From an uncultured Dehalococcoidia bacterium (lineage in GTDB: Bacteria; Chloroflexota; Dehalococcoidia; Dehalococcoidales; Fen-1064), in contig CAIWXV010000106.1 in the NCBI GenBank assembly GCA_903916765.1, positions 1 through 43,743 on the forward strand: 43,743 bases of DNA, in the 5' to 3' direction. The position numbers and the translations under genes were made by a program. This document shows, one piece after another, positions 1-8,804 of the stretch (positions are counted from its first letter, which is position 1; each line of letters opens with the position of its first letter). A model generated the notes under the pieces. It was not told the DNA's origin. It worked only from the letters and a program-made list of their open reading frames with translations, and did no database searches.

Positions 1-293
1 AATTTGGGGAAGATAGATTCGGTGACTGGTCTGCCTGTCCAAAGGGAATCCCCCATATCGCCTTGAAACAGGTCTGCTATCCAGATACCGTACTGGACAT
101 AAATCGGCTTGTCAAGCCCCAATTTTTCCTCAATGTCCTCTCTGGAGAGGACATTCTGGGAGACCATCTGGTTGGCTAGTATTTCATCAACAACACTACC
201 GGGGATAAGGCGGGCTAAGAAGAAGATAATCAATGATACCAGGAACAGGGTAGGAATCATCAATAATAATCTACGGATAATGTAAGCTCGCAC
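1..293 (-). CDS. ABC peptide/nickel transporter permease, N-terminal part (OppB/DppB-like); gene runs off the window
   Basis: Manual translation of the minus strand from GTG at 293 gives VRAYIIRRLLLMIPTLFLVSLIIFFLARLIPGSVVDEILANQ..., the typical N-terminus of OppB/DppB-type permeases. It lies directly downstream of the family-5 binding-protein gene. Confidence 0.8.
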   Translation of the reverse strand, partial: MRAYIIRRLLLMIPTLFLVSLIIFFLARLIPGSVVDEILANQMVSQNVLSREDIEEKLGLDKPIYVQYGIWIADLFQGDMGDSLWTGRPVTESIFPK

Positions 294-340
294 TCTATTA
301 TTCTGCCTTTCTTATTATTTTGTAAGGATTGCTTACTATA

Positions 341-380
341 GTTAATGGGGGCAGGCATACCCTTGCCTGCCCCCATTAAC
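341..380 (-). promoter_or_regulatory. Intercistronic perfect hairpin (17-bp stem, 6-nt loop) between binding-protein and permease genes
   Basis: GTTAATGGGGGCAGGCA-taccct-TGCCTGCCCCCATTAAC. There is no U-run on either strand, so it is more likely an mRNA-stabilising or processing hairpin than a terminator. Confidence 0.5.
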
Positions 381-418
381 CAAGGGAGGCATGAAAAGGA
401 GAAAACTAGGTAAATAAG

Positions 419-2215
419 TTAATATCCCATAGATTTCTTCATCTTCTGGTCGATCCAGAGACGGGAGTAAACTTGGGCTTGTCCTCTACCATCTCCCAGA
501 CTTATCTCACCATGGTAATGTTTCACCCACGGTTGCCAGTATATGTAACAGTCCTGTCCTGGGAATGTAAAAAATCCGGCACTTCTGTATAACATTAACA
601 CGGCTTGTTTGGTGAGAGATATTTGTTCATCAGGGTCAGTAGTCTTCATCAGTTTTGCAATCAGGGCATCATATTCGGGATTAAAATAATTGCCTAAATC
701 CCACACGTGTGTTGACGTAAACCACTGCATCGTAACGAGAGGTAAAGCTATGCCAGCCGTTAATGTAGCTATGCCTGTGTATGACCTGGTAAATAGCTTG
801 GTGATAGTAGACCCGGGATCCAGCGTGACGAGCGTGGCTCTAACACCAATCGACTTCCAGTAGTTTGCCAGTATCAAACATCGGTCATCCATACCAGGGA
901 AGGATTGAATCTCGGTATCAAAGCCGGTGGGATAACCGGCGGCAGTCAGAAGTTCTTTTGCCTTGGTGACATTATAAGAGTAAAGTTCCTGGACATCTGC
1001 CGGCATCTCTTCCAGCGGCGTATAAGCAGCCCCGTAAGTTGGCAGTACCGGGAAGATTAACGGTATGCCTTCTCCTCCGAGGTAGTTTTTGATAATTCCC
1101 TGGAAGTCGATTGACATCAACAGCGCCTGCCGCACTCTTAAGTCGTTGAACGGAGCCTTATCCAGTCTCATGATAACCAGTGGGTAAGCTCCGGGTTGTA
1201 GAACGGCTTTGTATTGCAACTGGGGACTTGTCTCTTGTAACGCTTTATGTGAATCCCGTGATATGTTAGTTTGAAAGTCGATTTTGCCGGTCCTCAGTGC
1301 GGCAAGTTGAGTATTTGTATCGATGATTATCAATACTGTGACTGCATCTGTGTAAGGCAAAGGATTCCCCGGAATGATTTCGTCAGTACACCAGTAGTTG
1401 GAGTTTTTTACAAACCGTGCGCTGGAGCCAGCAACATAATCTGCCCATATGAAAGGACCTGTGCCGACCCAGTTATGCCAATCCTTCAGATTCCCGTAGG
1501 TGGCTATAGCCTCGGGAGGATATACCAGGGCAGTGCCAAAAACAATATCCTCTATGCTATTAACGTAAGGCTGTTTGAACTTGACGACGACCGTCCATTT
1601 GTCCGTGGTAGCGATGGATGCAAGATATGGCTTCACATCCCAGGGTGATGTTGCGCTGTTCCAGTATCGCTGATAGCAATAGCGCACATCTTCGGCAGTG
1701 AGCTCTCTTCCATTCGCGGGAGCTTTATTCTGGAAATGGATTCCTTGGCGGATATGAACGGTAAGTGTTGTCGGGTCGGGCATTTCCCAGCTTTCCGCTA
1801 GAGAACCTATACCACATTTGGTAAAATCGGGGCTGAAGTTTTCGTATGAAACTTCACCGGTGCCCGAGCCGCCCATAGCCCAGTCGCCTATGCCCAGTGT
1901 CTCAAATACAAAACCCATATAACCACCTGAGTTAGCCGTGCCTGAGTCACCTGGGTCCAGACTAGCCGGGTCACCTGAGAATGGGGTTACGAGTGTGCCG
2001 CCATACTGAGGCTTTTCCACCAGTTTTCCTTGAAAGTCTTTCACCGTATCTGTTGCTGTTGTGGTTGTTGTTGCTGCCGTAGTGACTGCTGTGGTAGCTG
2101 TGGTTGTTGTGGTCGTAGTGGTAGTTGTGGTGGCTGGCGTTGTCTTACAGGATGACAGCAACATAGCGGCTATCATCAAGCAACTCAAACCCAACCATAG
2201 AACCCCTTTTTTCAT
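419..2215 (-). CDS. ABC transporter substrate-binding lipoprotein, family 5 (peptide/nickel type)
   Basis: 598-aa ORF with signal peptide and lipobox LLSSC, a Thr/Ala-rich linker, then a family-5 SBP-like body. SD AAGGAG lies 6 nt upstream of the ATG, and a permease gene follows. Confidence 0.9.
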   Translation of the reverse strand: MKKGVLWLGLSCLMIAAMLLSSCKTTPATTTTTTTTTTTATTAVTTAATTTTTATDTVKDFQGKLVEKPQYGGTLVTPFSGDPASLDPGDSGTANSGGYMGFVFETLGIGDWAMGGSGTGEVSYENFSPDFTKCGIGSLAESWEMPDPTTLTVHIRQGIHFQNKAPANGRELTAEDVRYCYQRYWNSATSPWDVKPYLASIATTDKWTVVVKFKQPYVNSIEDIVFGTALVYPPEAIATYGNLKDWHNWVGTGPFIWADYVAGSSARFVKNSNYWCTDEIIPGNPLPYTDAVTVLIIIDTNTQLAALRTGKIDFQTNISRDSHKALQETSPQLQYKAVLQPGAYPLVIMRLDKAPFNDLRVRQALLMSIDFQGIIKNYLGGEGIPLIFPVLPTYGAAYTPLEEMPADVQELYSYNVTKAKELLTAAGYPTGFDTEIQSFPGMDDRCLILANYWKSIGVRATLVTLDPGSTITKLFTRSYTGIATLTAGIALPLVTMQWFTSTHVWDLGNYFNPEYDALIAKLMKTTDPDEQISLTKQAVLMLYRSAGFFTFPGQDCYIYWQPWVKHYHGEISLGDGRGQAQVYSRLWIDQKMKKSMGY

Positions 2216-2306
2216 TTACTTCTCCTTTTGGATTATGTTCCGTTTAGACCGTAACAAATCAAGACTTGCCTTTATACAACCTGTGTATTACAATACTAGC
2301 AATACT

Positions 2307-2340
2307 CTATACAGACAATCTATATAGATTATCTGTATAG
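2307..2340. promoter_or_regulatory. 34-bp near-perfect palindrome, candidate MarR operator in the divergent intergenic region
   Basis: CTATACAGACAATCTATATAGATTATCTGTATAG has one mismatch. It lies between the divergently transcribed SBP gene and the MarR gene and overlaps a possible -35 (TTGTCT) for the minus-strand operon. Confidence 0.45.
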
Positions 2341-2363
2341 GATTGTAGACGGTTTTCTTAATC

Positions 2364-2392
2364 TTGTCAAGTATTTAAAAGTCAGTTAGTAT
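2364..2392 (+). promoter_or_regulatory. Putative sigma70-type promoter of the MarR gene
   Basis: TTGTCA (2364-2369), 17-nt spacer, TAGTAT (2387-2392), about 19 nt upstream of the ATG at 2411. Confidence 0.4.
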
Positions 2393-2410
2393 TTTGTAAT
2401 GAGGGGAAAT

Positions 2411-2929
2411 ATGAAAAACACAAAAACAACAAAGGTTACGATAGATTCTTCAATAAAGGCAGACTATTATGACCTGTGGGGATTGTTGTCTCTGACACAC
2501 CGGGCAATTAACAAAGCACGTGAAAGAGAATTAATGAAATGCGGGGTTACAGTAGAGCAGGCTTCTATTTTACACATAATATTCGTTCTCGACCACAAAC
2601 CGACGGCTACCGAACTATCCCGTTACCTCATTCGAGAGCCTCACTCAGTTTGTCAAACAGCGAATAAAATGGTAACACTCGGCTTGTTAAAGAAAATAAG
2701 AGATTCAAAACGGAGGAATATTTACAGATTTAGTCTATCGGACAAAGGACTGGCATCATTCCGTTGTTCACGTAACAGAGAATCGATTGAATCGATAATA
2801 TCAGAATTGTCCAAGAAAGATAGTCAGGAATTAATTTCATATTTACATACATTATTGGACGCTGCAACCGAAAGAATAGGAATAGACAGACTACCTTTAC
2901 CATCGGCACAATTAGAAGGCGAGTTATAA
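2411..2929 (+). CDS. MarR family transcriptional regulator
   Basis: The ORF has a winged-HTH MarR-like core (TVEQASILHIIFVLDHKPTATELSRYLIREPHSVCQTANKMVTLGLLKK). The ATG at 2411 is preferred over 2399 because GAGGGG lies just upstream. Confidence 0.85.
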   Translation: MKNTKTTKVTIDSSIKADYYDLWGLLSLTHRAINKARERELMKCGVTVEQASILHIIFVLDHKPTATELSRYLIREPHSVCQTANKMVTLGLLKKIRDSKRRNIYRFSLSDKGLASFRCSRNRESIESIISELSKKDSQELISYLHTLLDAATERIGIDRLPLPSAQLEGEL

Positions 2930-2958
2930 ACTATAATTGATTAATCAGGGGGGATGAA

Positions 2959-3776
2959 ATGACTACAGCAAAAGTCAATGTAATCAATATCTATTATGAA
3001 ATTCATGGGAAAGGGGGAGCCGTTGTTTTTGATTAACGGCTACGGCTCGAACTCGACATTCTGGTTCCAGGAAGTTCCGGATTTCTCTAAAGAATTTCAG
3101 GTGATTATTTTCGATAATAGGGGAACAGGTCGGAGCGATAAACCCGATGTGCCATACACTATTAAGACGAATGGTAGATGATGTGGCAGGGTTACTTAAT
3201 GCCATCGGCATTAGGAAAGCCCATATCATGGGTCTTTCTATGGGAGGCGCGATTGCCTTGGAATTTGCCATTAACTATCCGGAGAAAACTGTCAGCCTCG
3301 TTCTAGGATGTACCAGTTGTGGTGGTCCCCACGCTAAAGAAATAGACCCCGCAGTAATGACAATGCTTGGCAACATGGGGAAGTTGACACCAGAAGAGTC
3401 GGCTAGAGCATTAATGCCTATCCGTTTTACCGAAGAGTTTATTGAGAAACATAAGGATATTATAGATGAAATCATAAAGGAGGGACTAGAATATCCTACT
3501 CCACCTCACGGTTATGCATGTCAGATGCAGGCAGTTCGGGGACATGATACATACGACCGTCTCCCACAAATCAAAGCTCCTACTCTAGTAATCGCTGGGT
3601 CTGTCGATAAACTAGGACCTGTTGAGAATGCCAAAATTCTTGCCTCCAGAATACCCAACGCTGAACTTGTTATCCTAGAAAACATGAGGCATGGTTTCAG
3701 GATTGAGGCGGCAGAAAAAACCAATGGCGTTATTCTCGAGTTCCTTAATCGGCACCGCCGTGTTGCAAAAGTCTAG
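2959..3776 (+). pseudogene. Alpha/beta-fold hydrolase interrupted by two +1 frameshifts
   Basis: Three consecutive frames together give a complete alpha/beta hydrolase. They read MTTAKVNVINIYYEIHGKG (frame 1), EPLFLINGYGSNSTFWFQEVPDFSKEFQVIIFDNRGTGRSDKPDVPYTIKT (frame 2) and MVDDVAGLLNAIGIRKAHIMGLSMGG... (frame 3, nucleophile elbow GLSMGG). The shifts sit at a G5 run (3013-3017) and an AA (3170-3171). Confidence 0.65.
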
Positions 3777-3863
3777 CCGATTTCCAGCCAAAGGTAAGAG
3801 TCTGAATAGTATTTAAATGCAATAATGAAAGATAAAACAGTCCAATGCAAAAAGAGAAAAATT

Positions 3864-5078
3864 ATGGCTGGTCCGTTTCAAGGAATTAAAATCGTAGAAT
3901 TAGGGCACTGGGTAGCAATACCCAGTGCTTGTGCTATTTTTGCCGATTGGGGCGCAGATGTAGTTAAGATAGAAGACCCCGGGCGTGGCGATGCCATACG
4001 GGGAGTGAGGTCCCTTGAAGGCACAGCGACTTCAGAACGGGGTGTTCAATGCTTATTCGAATTTTTGAATCGTAACAAGAGAAGCATCGCTATAGACCTG
4101 AGGAACAAACAGAGCAGCCAAATCGTACACAAACTGGTTCAGGGAGCAGATATTTTTGCCACTAATTTTCAGACAGGTGTACTGAAAAAACTCGGCATGG
4201 ACTATGCATCATTGAAAAAAACGAACCCACGAATCATCTATGCCAGCCTCACGGGTTATGGACGCGTGGGGAAAGATAAAGAGAGGCCGGGATTCGATTA
4301 CTCCGCTTTCTGGGCAAGGAGCGGTATCCAGTCTAAACTGGCATGGCGCGGACAAACGCCGGTACCAGCCCGACCAGGAATAGGTGACAACATAACTTCT
4401 ATGATGATAACCGGTGGAATTTCGGCAGCGCTCTTCGCTCGAGAGAAAACAGGGATAGGGCAAGAGGTTTCATTCTCTTTATACCGAACCGGAGTTTGGG
4501 CTTTAGGTTTAGACAATCAGATGTCACTTTTCCGCAATGTTGAAATACCCAATTATGCCAGAGAATCCATGGCAAATCCGCTATGGAATGTTTACAAGGT
4601 TAAAGACGGCGATTGGATTCAACTTGTTATGGTACAATCGGACCCATTCTGGCCGGCGTTCTGTAAAGCAATGGGCATAGAACACTTGGAAAAAGACCCC
4701 TTATACGAAAGCAGCCTGCAGAGAGAAAAGAACAGTAAACCTCTTATCGTTCTTATCAGCGATATTTTCCTCACAAAAAGCTTGAATGAATGGGAAAAAA
4801 TATTCGATGAAAACAGTTTGATTTGCGGCAGGGTTCTATCACCTATGAATGTAGCTCACGACCCACAGGCATATGAGAACAACTTCTTTACCGAGATTAA
4901 CCATCCGGTTTGCGGCCCAATGAAGTATATTGCCAGCCCGGTTGATTTCAGTGATACCCCGGCATCAATAAAGGCGCCTGCACCGGAAGTCGGTCAGCAC
5001 ACCGAGGAAATTCTCCTGGAACTGGGATACCAATGGGAAGATATCGCCAATTTCAAAGAGCAGGGTGCTATCGGCTAA
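3864..5078 (+). CDS. Family III CoA-transferase (CaiB/BaiF-like)
   Basis: N-terminus MAGPFQGIKIVELGHWVAIPSACAIFADWGADVVKIEDPGRGD is typical of family III CoA-transferases. The ORF could alternatively begin at 3825. Confidence 0.85.
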   Translation: MAGPFQGIKIVELGHWVAIPSACAIFADWGADVVKIEDPGRGDAIRGVRSLEGTATSERGVQCLFEFLNRNKRSIAIDLRNKQSSQIVHKLVQGADIFATNFQTGVLKKLGMDYASLKKTNPRIIYASLTGYGRVGKDKERPGFDYSAFWARSGIQSKLAWRGQTPVPARPGIGDNITSMMITGGISAALFAREKTGIGQEVSFSLYRTGVWALGLDNQMSLFRNVEIPNYARESMANPLWNVYKVKDGDWIQLVMVQSDPFWPAFCKAMGIEHLEKDPLYESSLQREKNSKPLIVLISDIFLTKSLNEWEKIFDENSLICGRVLSPMNVAHDPQAYENNFFTEINHPVCGPMKYIASPVDFSDTPASIKAPAPEVGQHTEEILLELGYQWEDIANFKEQGAIG

Positions 5079-5098
5079 TAAACTGATAATACGACTGG

Positions 5099-5974
5099 CT
5101 ATTTCATTACAAAATGAACGATAAGCAAGCCGATAAGAGATAAGAAAGAAATCGGTGGAAGGGCAGGCATAGGCTTGCCCTTCAGTAATAAACGCTGAAT
5201 CACAAAGGCACTGATGAGCCCTGCCAGAGAAAAAATTGCCACAACTATAGAGCTGACAAATCCGTAGGCGGCAAATACAGAAACCATCAACATCAACGGG
5301 AAGCCGATGTCTCCTCCACCCAAAATAGAATATTCTCTTTCTGCCGCCTCGCCTTCCATTAAAGTCTGAGAGCCGCTTGTTCTAACACTGTGGTTCCAAT
5401 TGGACTGTGTTTTGGGAATAACAAAAGCCGGCAGAGCATCGGATTGCGATAATTTCTTCGCCATCCACATCATATAGCCAAAACGGACGGCAAGAAAATC
5501 ATAGATTGAAATCACCAGCAATAAGCCCATCATTGGCCAAGGGTTAATTAATATGCCGAACACCGAGGCAACACCTGCCAGAGCTACCAGCATTAGCAGA
5601 TTATGTAGCCAGACTCTGGGAACGAAAAGCCAGGTCAAGCCCCCGGCAACTGCAAGGATTGCTACTACAACCAAAGACGGTATTATTAACGCCAGAACAA
5701 CAAATATCCCCCACGCATATAAAATAACGAACAGGATTCTGAATACCCATTTTAATTTGGAAAGAGGAATGAGAAAAAGAACTATCCCGATAACAGCTAC
5801 CGCACAGAAGAAATAAATCAGAGGGAATTGAGGTGATACCTCCGGAATAAGGATTTGGGGATTGGCTTCCAGAAATACGATTTCACGGGAGGCAACATAA
5901 GAGGCAATAGCAGCACCTATAACGAATGCCAGACTACTCCAGAGTATTACACTCAATATACCTGTTTTCTTCAT
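5099..5974 (-). CDS. Presenilin/signal-peptide-peptidase-like intramembrane aspartyl protease (A22 family-like)
   Basis: Polytopic membrane protein with the three signature motifs in the correct order: YD (SIYDFLAV), GxGD (LGGGDIGFPL) and PAL (MPALPPIS). The start is taken at MKKTGILS; an upstream TTG at 6037 is less likely. Confidence 0.7.
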   Translation of the reverse strand: MKKTGILSVILWSSLAFVIGAAIASYVASREIVFLEANPQILIPEVSPQFPLIYFFCAVAVIGIVLFLIPLSKLKWVFRILFVILYAWGIFVVLALIIPSLVVVAILAVAGGLTWLFVPRVWLHNLLMLVALAGVASVFGILINPWPMMGLLLVISIYDFLAVRFGYMMWMAKKLSQSDALPAFVIPKTQSNWNHSVRTSGSQTLMEGEAAEREYSILGGGDIGFPLMLMVSVFAAYGFVSSIVVAIFSLAGLISAFVIQRLLLKGKPMPALPPISFLSLIGLLIVHFVMK

Positions 5975-6112
5975 AAACTGCTGCCAAAAGTAAAAACGGA
6001 TAGAATGATTATAAGGCTTGTGTGTCAGATTGAGCAAATTATTGAGTGGTAACTTGCCCGTCTAATATGAATCAGGTAAACTCTGCAAAGAGAAACAAGG
6101 AGATATCCATCG

Positions 6113-6481
6113 ATGATTAACAGTATTCTATTGTATATAGGCTCCTCATTAATCACTGTCTGGGGAATCGCCAATTTGATACCGACAAGGGCTATCGTAC
6201 GCGGTTTCGGAGCGATATCAGAAGATAACAAGAAGATAATCACGATGGAATCGATTGCCGAGGGTATCACTCTTTGCTTTATCGGAGTGCTGGTAATTCT
6301 CGTTACAAGTCTATCCGTGTTTCCAGACAAGATTGCTATTATTGTTTATCTGGCATGTGCCATAATGCTTTTTGTGATGGCAATTCTGAACACATTAACC
6401 GGAGCCAGAACTTCTATTTTGCCTTATAAGATTTGCCCCTTCGGAAAACAGTGGGATGTTCTAGTATTATCTAACGATTAG
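6113..6481 (+). CDS. Small integral membrane protein, unknown function
   Basis: 122-aa ORF with about 4 hydrophobic segments. SD AAGGAG lies upstream and a terminator hairpin overlaps the stop codon. Confidence 0.6.
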   Translation: MINSILLYIGSSLITVWGIANLIPTRAIVRGFGAISEDNKKIITMESIAEGITLCFIGVLVILVTSLSVFPDKIAIIVYLACAIMLFVMAILNTLTGARTSILPYKICPFGKQWDVLVLSND

Positions 6482-6510
6482 CTTGGCTTTTTGCCAAGCT
6501 AATATCTTTT
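6478..6510 (+). terminator. Rho-independent terminator
   Basis: TTAGCTTGGC-ttttt-GCCAAGCTAA followed by TATCTTTT. The stem includes the stop codon of the 122-aa ORF. Confidence 0.7.
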
Positions 6511-6628
6511 CAGACCTATTCAAAGATATCACCGCCTTAATAAAGCCTTAACATTTAGATGCTACGATGGTTTTAAACCAAAAATAGGAGGAATAAATGC
6601 ATAAACCAATTGAGAGGAGGTATTGAGG

Positions 6629-7945
6629 ATGGGTATAGTTATTCGCTCATTGCGTAATGTCATCCGCAATCCACTCCGTACTTCGTTGATAACAATCATA
6701 TTAACTGTAAGTATCGGACTTGCTTTGACAATGGCAACAGTCAACGGCGCCACTCGTAATCAATTAGCTTCGATAGGCGAGAATATCGGCACAGAAATTC
6801 AGGTGAGACCAGCCGGAGAATTCGGCATGATGGGTGGGGGTAACTCCTTAGATGAGGCTGAAGTAGACAAACTCTCCACCATAACTCACGTAGTTTCGGT
6901 ACAGACAAGCACACAAACAATGTATACCGGCGACAATCTTGAGACCGCCGCCCCATCAGGAACTGTGGGGGCACTACCGTATTCTTCTTCCGGAAGTACA
7001 ATGGTTGCTCCCCCCTCAGGTCTCGACAATCAGCGCAATTTTCGTATGTCTATAATCGTCATGGGATTCGACCCCTCTATTACGAACCCGACACTGATGG
7101 GTAATGCCACCCTGGAAATAGCAGAGGGGCGCTACTTTACGACCGCTGAAAGCGATGCCAATGTCGCTGTATTCGGACAGAATTTAGCCGAAGCGAACAA
7201 CCTGACTGTAGGCTCAACAATCGATATAGAAGGCACAACCGTGGAGGTTATCGGCATATTTTCCACCGGTCAGCGTTTCGGTGATAATATGTTCGTTATG
7301 CCCATCGGTACATTCCAGCGCTTATTCAACATTACAGGAGTGACTTCCGTAACAGTTACAGCAGATGACGTCAGCAACGTCGATGGAGTAGTCAGTGCCA
7401 TTCGTGAAATCTTCGATGCGAACACTGCTGATATCATCACGGCTCAGAGTACGTACGAACAAATAGGCGGGTCAGTAACAAACGCCAGTAAAGCCAGTCA
7501 GGTTGGGATGCTTGCGGCTTTCGGCGTTGCCGCAGTCGTCATCCTCTTCTCTGTAGCCTTAATGGTGAGACAACGAGTTAAGGAAATAGGTATTTTAAAA
7601 GCCATTGGTGCCTCCAGTTGGCATATAGGTATTCAATTCAGCATCGAAACTCTGGTTATGAGCCTGACAGCCAGCATTATTGGAGCTCTTATTACCTTCC
7701 CCTTAGCCAATAGTGTTGCCAAATTACTAAGTGGCTCGACTAGTACCGTGATATCTGGCGGAGCTCGCGTCGGGGGATTTTTCGGGGGTGGTATCACCAG
7801 AATCGCAGGAATTAACGTAGCAGTTTCCCCCGAAATCTTCCTCTATGCGCTGGCAACAGCCATAGTACTATCAATCATCGCCAGTATAATTCCCGCCTGG
7901 TATATAGGACGTGTGAAGCCTGCGGAGGTATTTCGCTATGAATAA
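6629..7945 (+). CDS. ABC transporter permease, FtsX/MacB-type
   Basis: N-terminal TM helix, large extracytoplasmic domain, then three C-terminal TM helices of FtsX type. SD GAGAGGAGG lies upstream of the ATG at 6629, and the gene overlaps the ATPase gene by 8 nt. Confidence 0.85.
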   Translation: MGIVIRSLRNVIRNPLRTSLITIILTVSIGLALTMATVNGATRNQLASIGENIGTEIQVRPAGEFGMMGGGNSLDEAEVDKLSTITHVVSVQTSTQTMYTGDNLETAAPSGTVGALPYSSSGSTMVAPPSGLDNQRNFRMSIIVMGFDPSITNPTLMGNATLEIAEGRYFTTAESDANVAVFGQNLAEANNLTVGSTIDIEGTTVEVIGIFSTGQRFGDNMFVMPIGTFQRLFNITGVTSVTVTADDVSNVDGVVSAIREIFDANTADIITAQSTYEQIGGSVTNASKASQVGMLAAFGVAAVVILFSVALMVRQRVKEIGILKAIGASSWHIGIQFSIETLVMSLTASIIGALITFPLANSVAKLLSGSTSTVISGGARVGGFFGGGITRIAGINVAVSPEIFLYALATAIVLSIIASIIPAWYIGRVKPAEVFRYE

Positions 7946-8642
7946 CGACAATAATGTAATTGTAGTTAATGAACTGGTAAAGCGTTTCAAATTGGGCGCT
8001 ACCATAATATCGGCAGTAGATGGAGTAAGTTTTAGCTTGCCCAAAGGACAGACAGTGGCAATAAAAGGACCTAGTGGTTGCGGTAAGACAACTCTACTCA
8101 GTTTGCTAGGAGCACTGGATAAACCCACATCCGGCAGCATCATAGTCGATGGGATAAAAATATCGGAACTACATGGTGGTAAGGAGGTGCAATATAGAAG
8201 ACAAAAAGTAGGTTTTGTTTTTCAAAGTTACTACCTCATTCTCAACCTGACAGCGATGGAAAATGTCATGCTGCCTATGGACCTTCTGGGCATAAAGAGG
8301 CTAGACCAGAAAACTAAGGCATGTCAATTACTGGAAAGGGTGGGGATCAGCTCAAAACTGCACTCCCGCTACCCCACCCGACTTTCCGGAGGTGAACAAC
8401 AACGTGTAGCAATTGCCCGTGCTCTGGCTAATGACCCGTCCGTCATTCTGGCAGATGAACCTACCGGCAATCTAGATTCTAAAACCGGGAACGTGATTGT
8501 GAACCTACTCCATAGCCTCAGTAAGGAAGGGAGGACACTGGTAATCGCCACGCATGATGCTGGCATAGCCGCCAAATCCAACATTGTCATAGAAATGCAG
8601 GACGGGAAGATAGCCAATACATCGATTCAATCCGACAATTAA
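7938..8642 (+). CDS. ABC transporter ATP-binding protein (MacB/LolD-like)
   Basis: Walker A GPSGCGKTT, signature LSGGEQQRVAIARAL, Walker B ILADEPTGNLD. Confidence 0.92.
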   Translation: MNNDNNVIVVNELVKRFKLGATIISAVDGVSFSLPKGQTVAIKGPSGCGKTTLLSLLGALDKPTSGSIIVDGIKISELHGGKEVQYRRQKVGFVFQSYYLILNLTAMENVMLPMDLLGIKRLDQKTKACQLLERVGISSKLHSRYPTRLSGGEQQRVAIARALANDPSVILADEPTGNLDSKTGNVIVNLLHSLSKEGRTLVIATHDAGIAAKSNIVIEMQDGKIANTSIQSDN

Positions 8643-8665
8643 AAAGTGGCTTGCCTGTAAAAGCA

Positions 8666-8703
8666 AAAACACCCCCAATTACGATTGGGGGTGTTTTATT
8701 TGT
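8666..8703 (+). terminator. Rho-independent terminator
   Basis: AACACCCCCAAT-tacg-ATTGGGGGTGTT followed by TTATTT. Confidence 0.8.
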
Positions 8704-8804
8704 AAATAAAAATTTTTCTACAAAAACAATTGTCCCGGCAAAGATAAAGAGTTAAACTTAAATAAGTAAAAAATTCCAAGCTAGGTTTTTAAGGTAACTA
8801 GGTA

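Noticed and set aside
2061-2327. 88-aa plus-strand ORF starting with a poly-Val/Ala tract
   Set aside because: It is the antisense reading of the (ACN)n Thr-linker of the binding-protein gene and then runs into the intergenic region, so it is an artefact of the low-complexity repeat.
8704-8804. M-box (Mg2+) riboswitch upstream of mgtA
   Set aside because: Only about 100 nt of AT-rich sequence is available. It shows no extended helices or conserved M-box-like GC-rich core, and only a weak promoter-like TTGTCC-17-TAAACT was seen.
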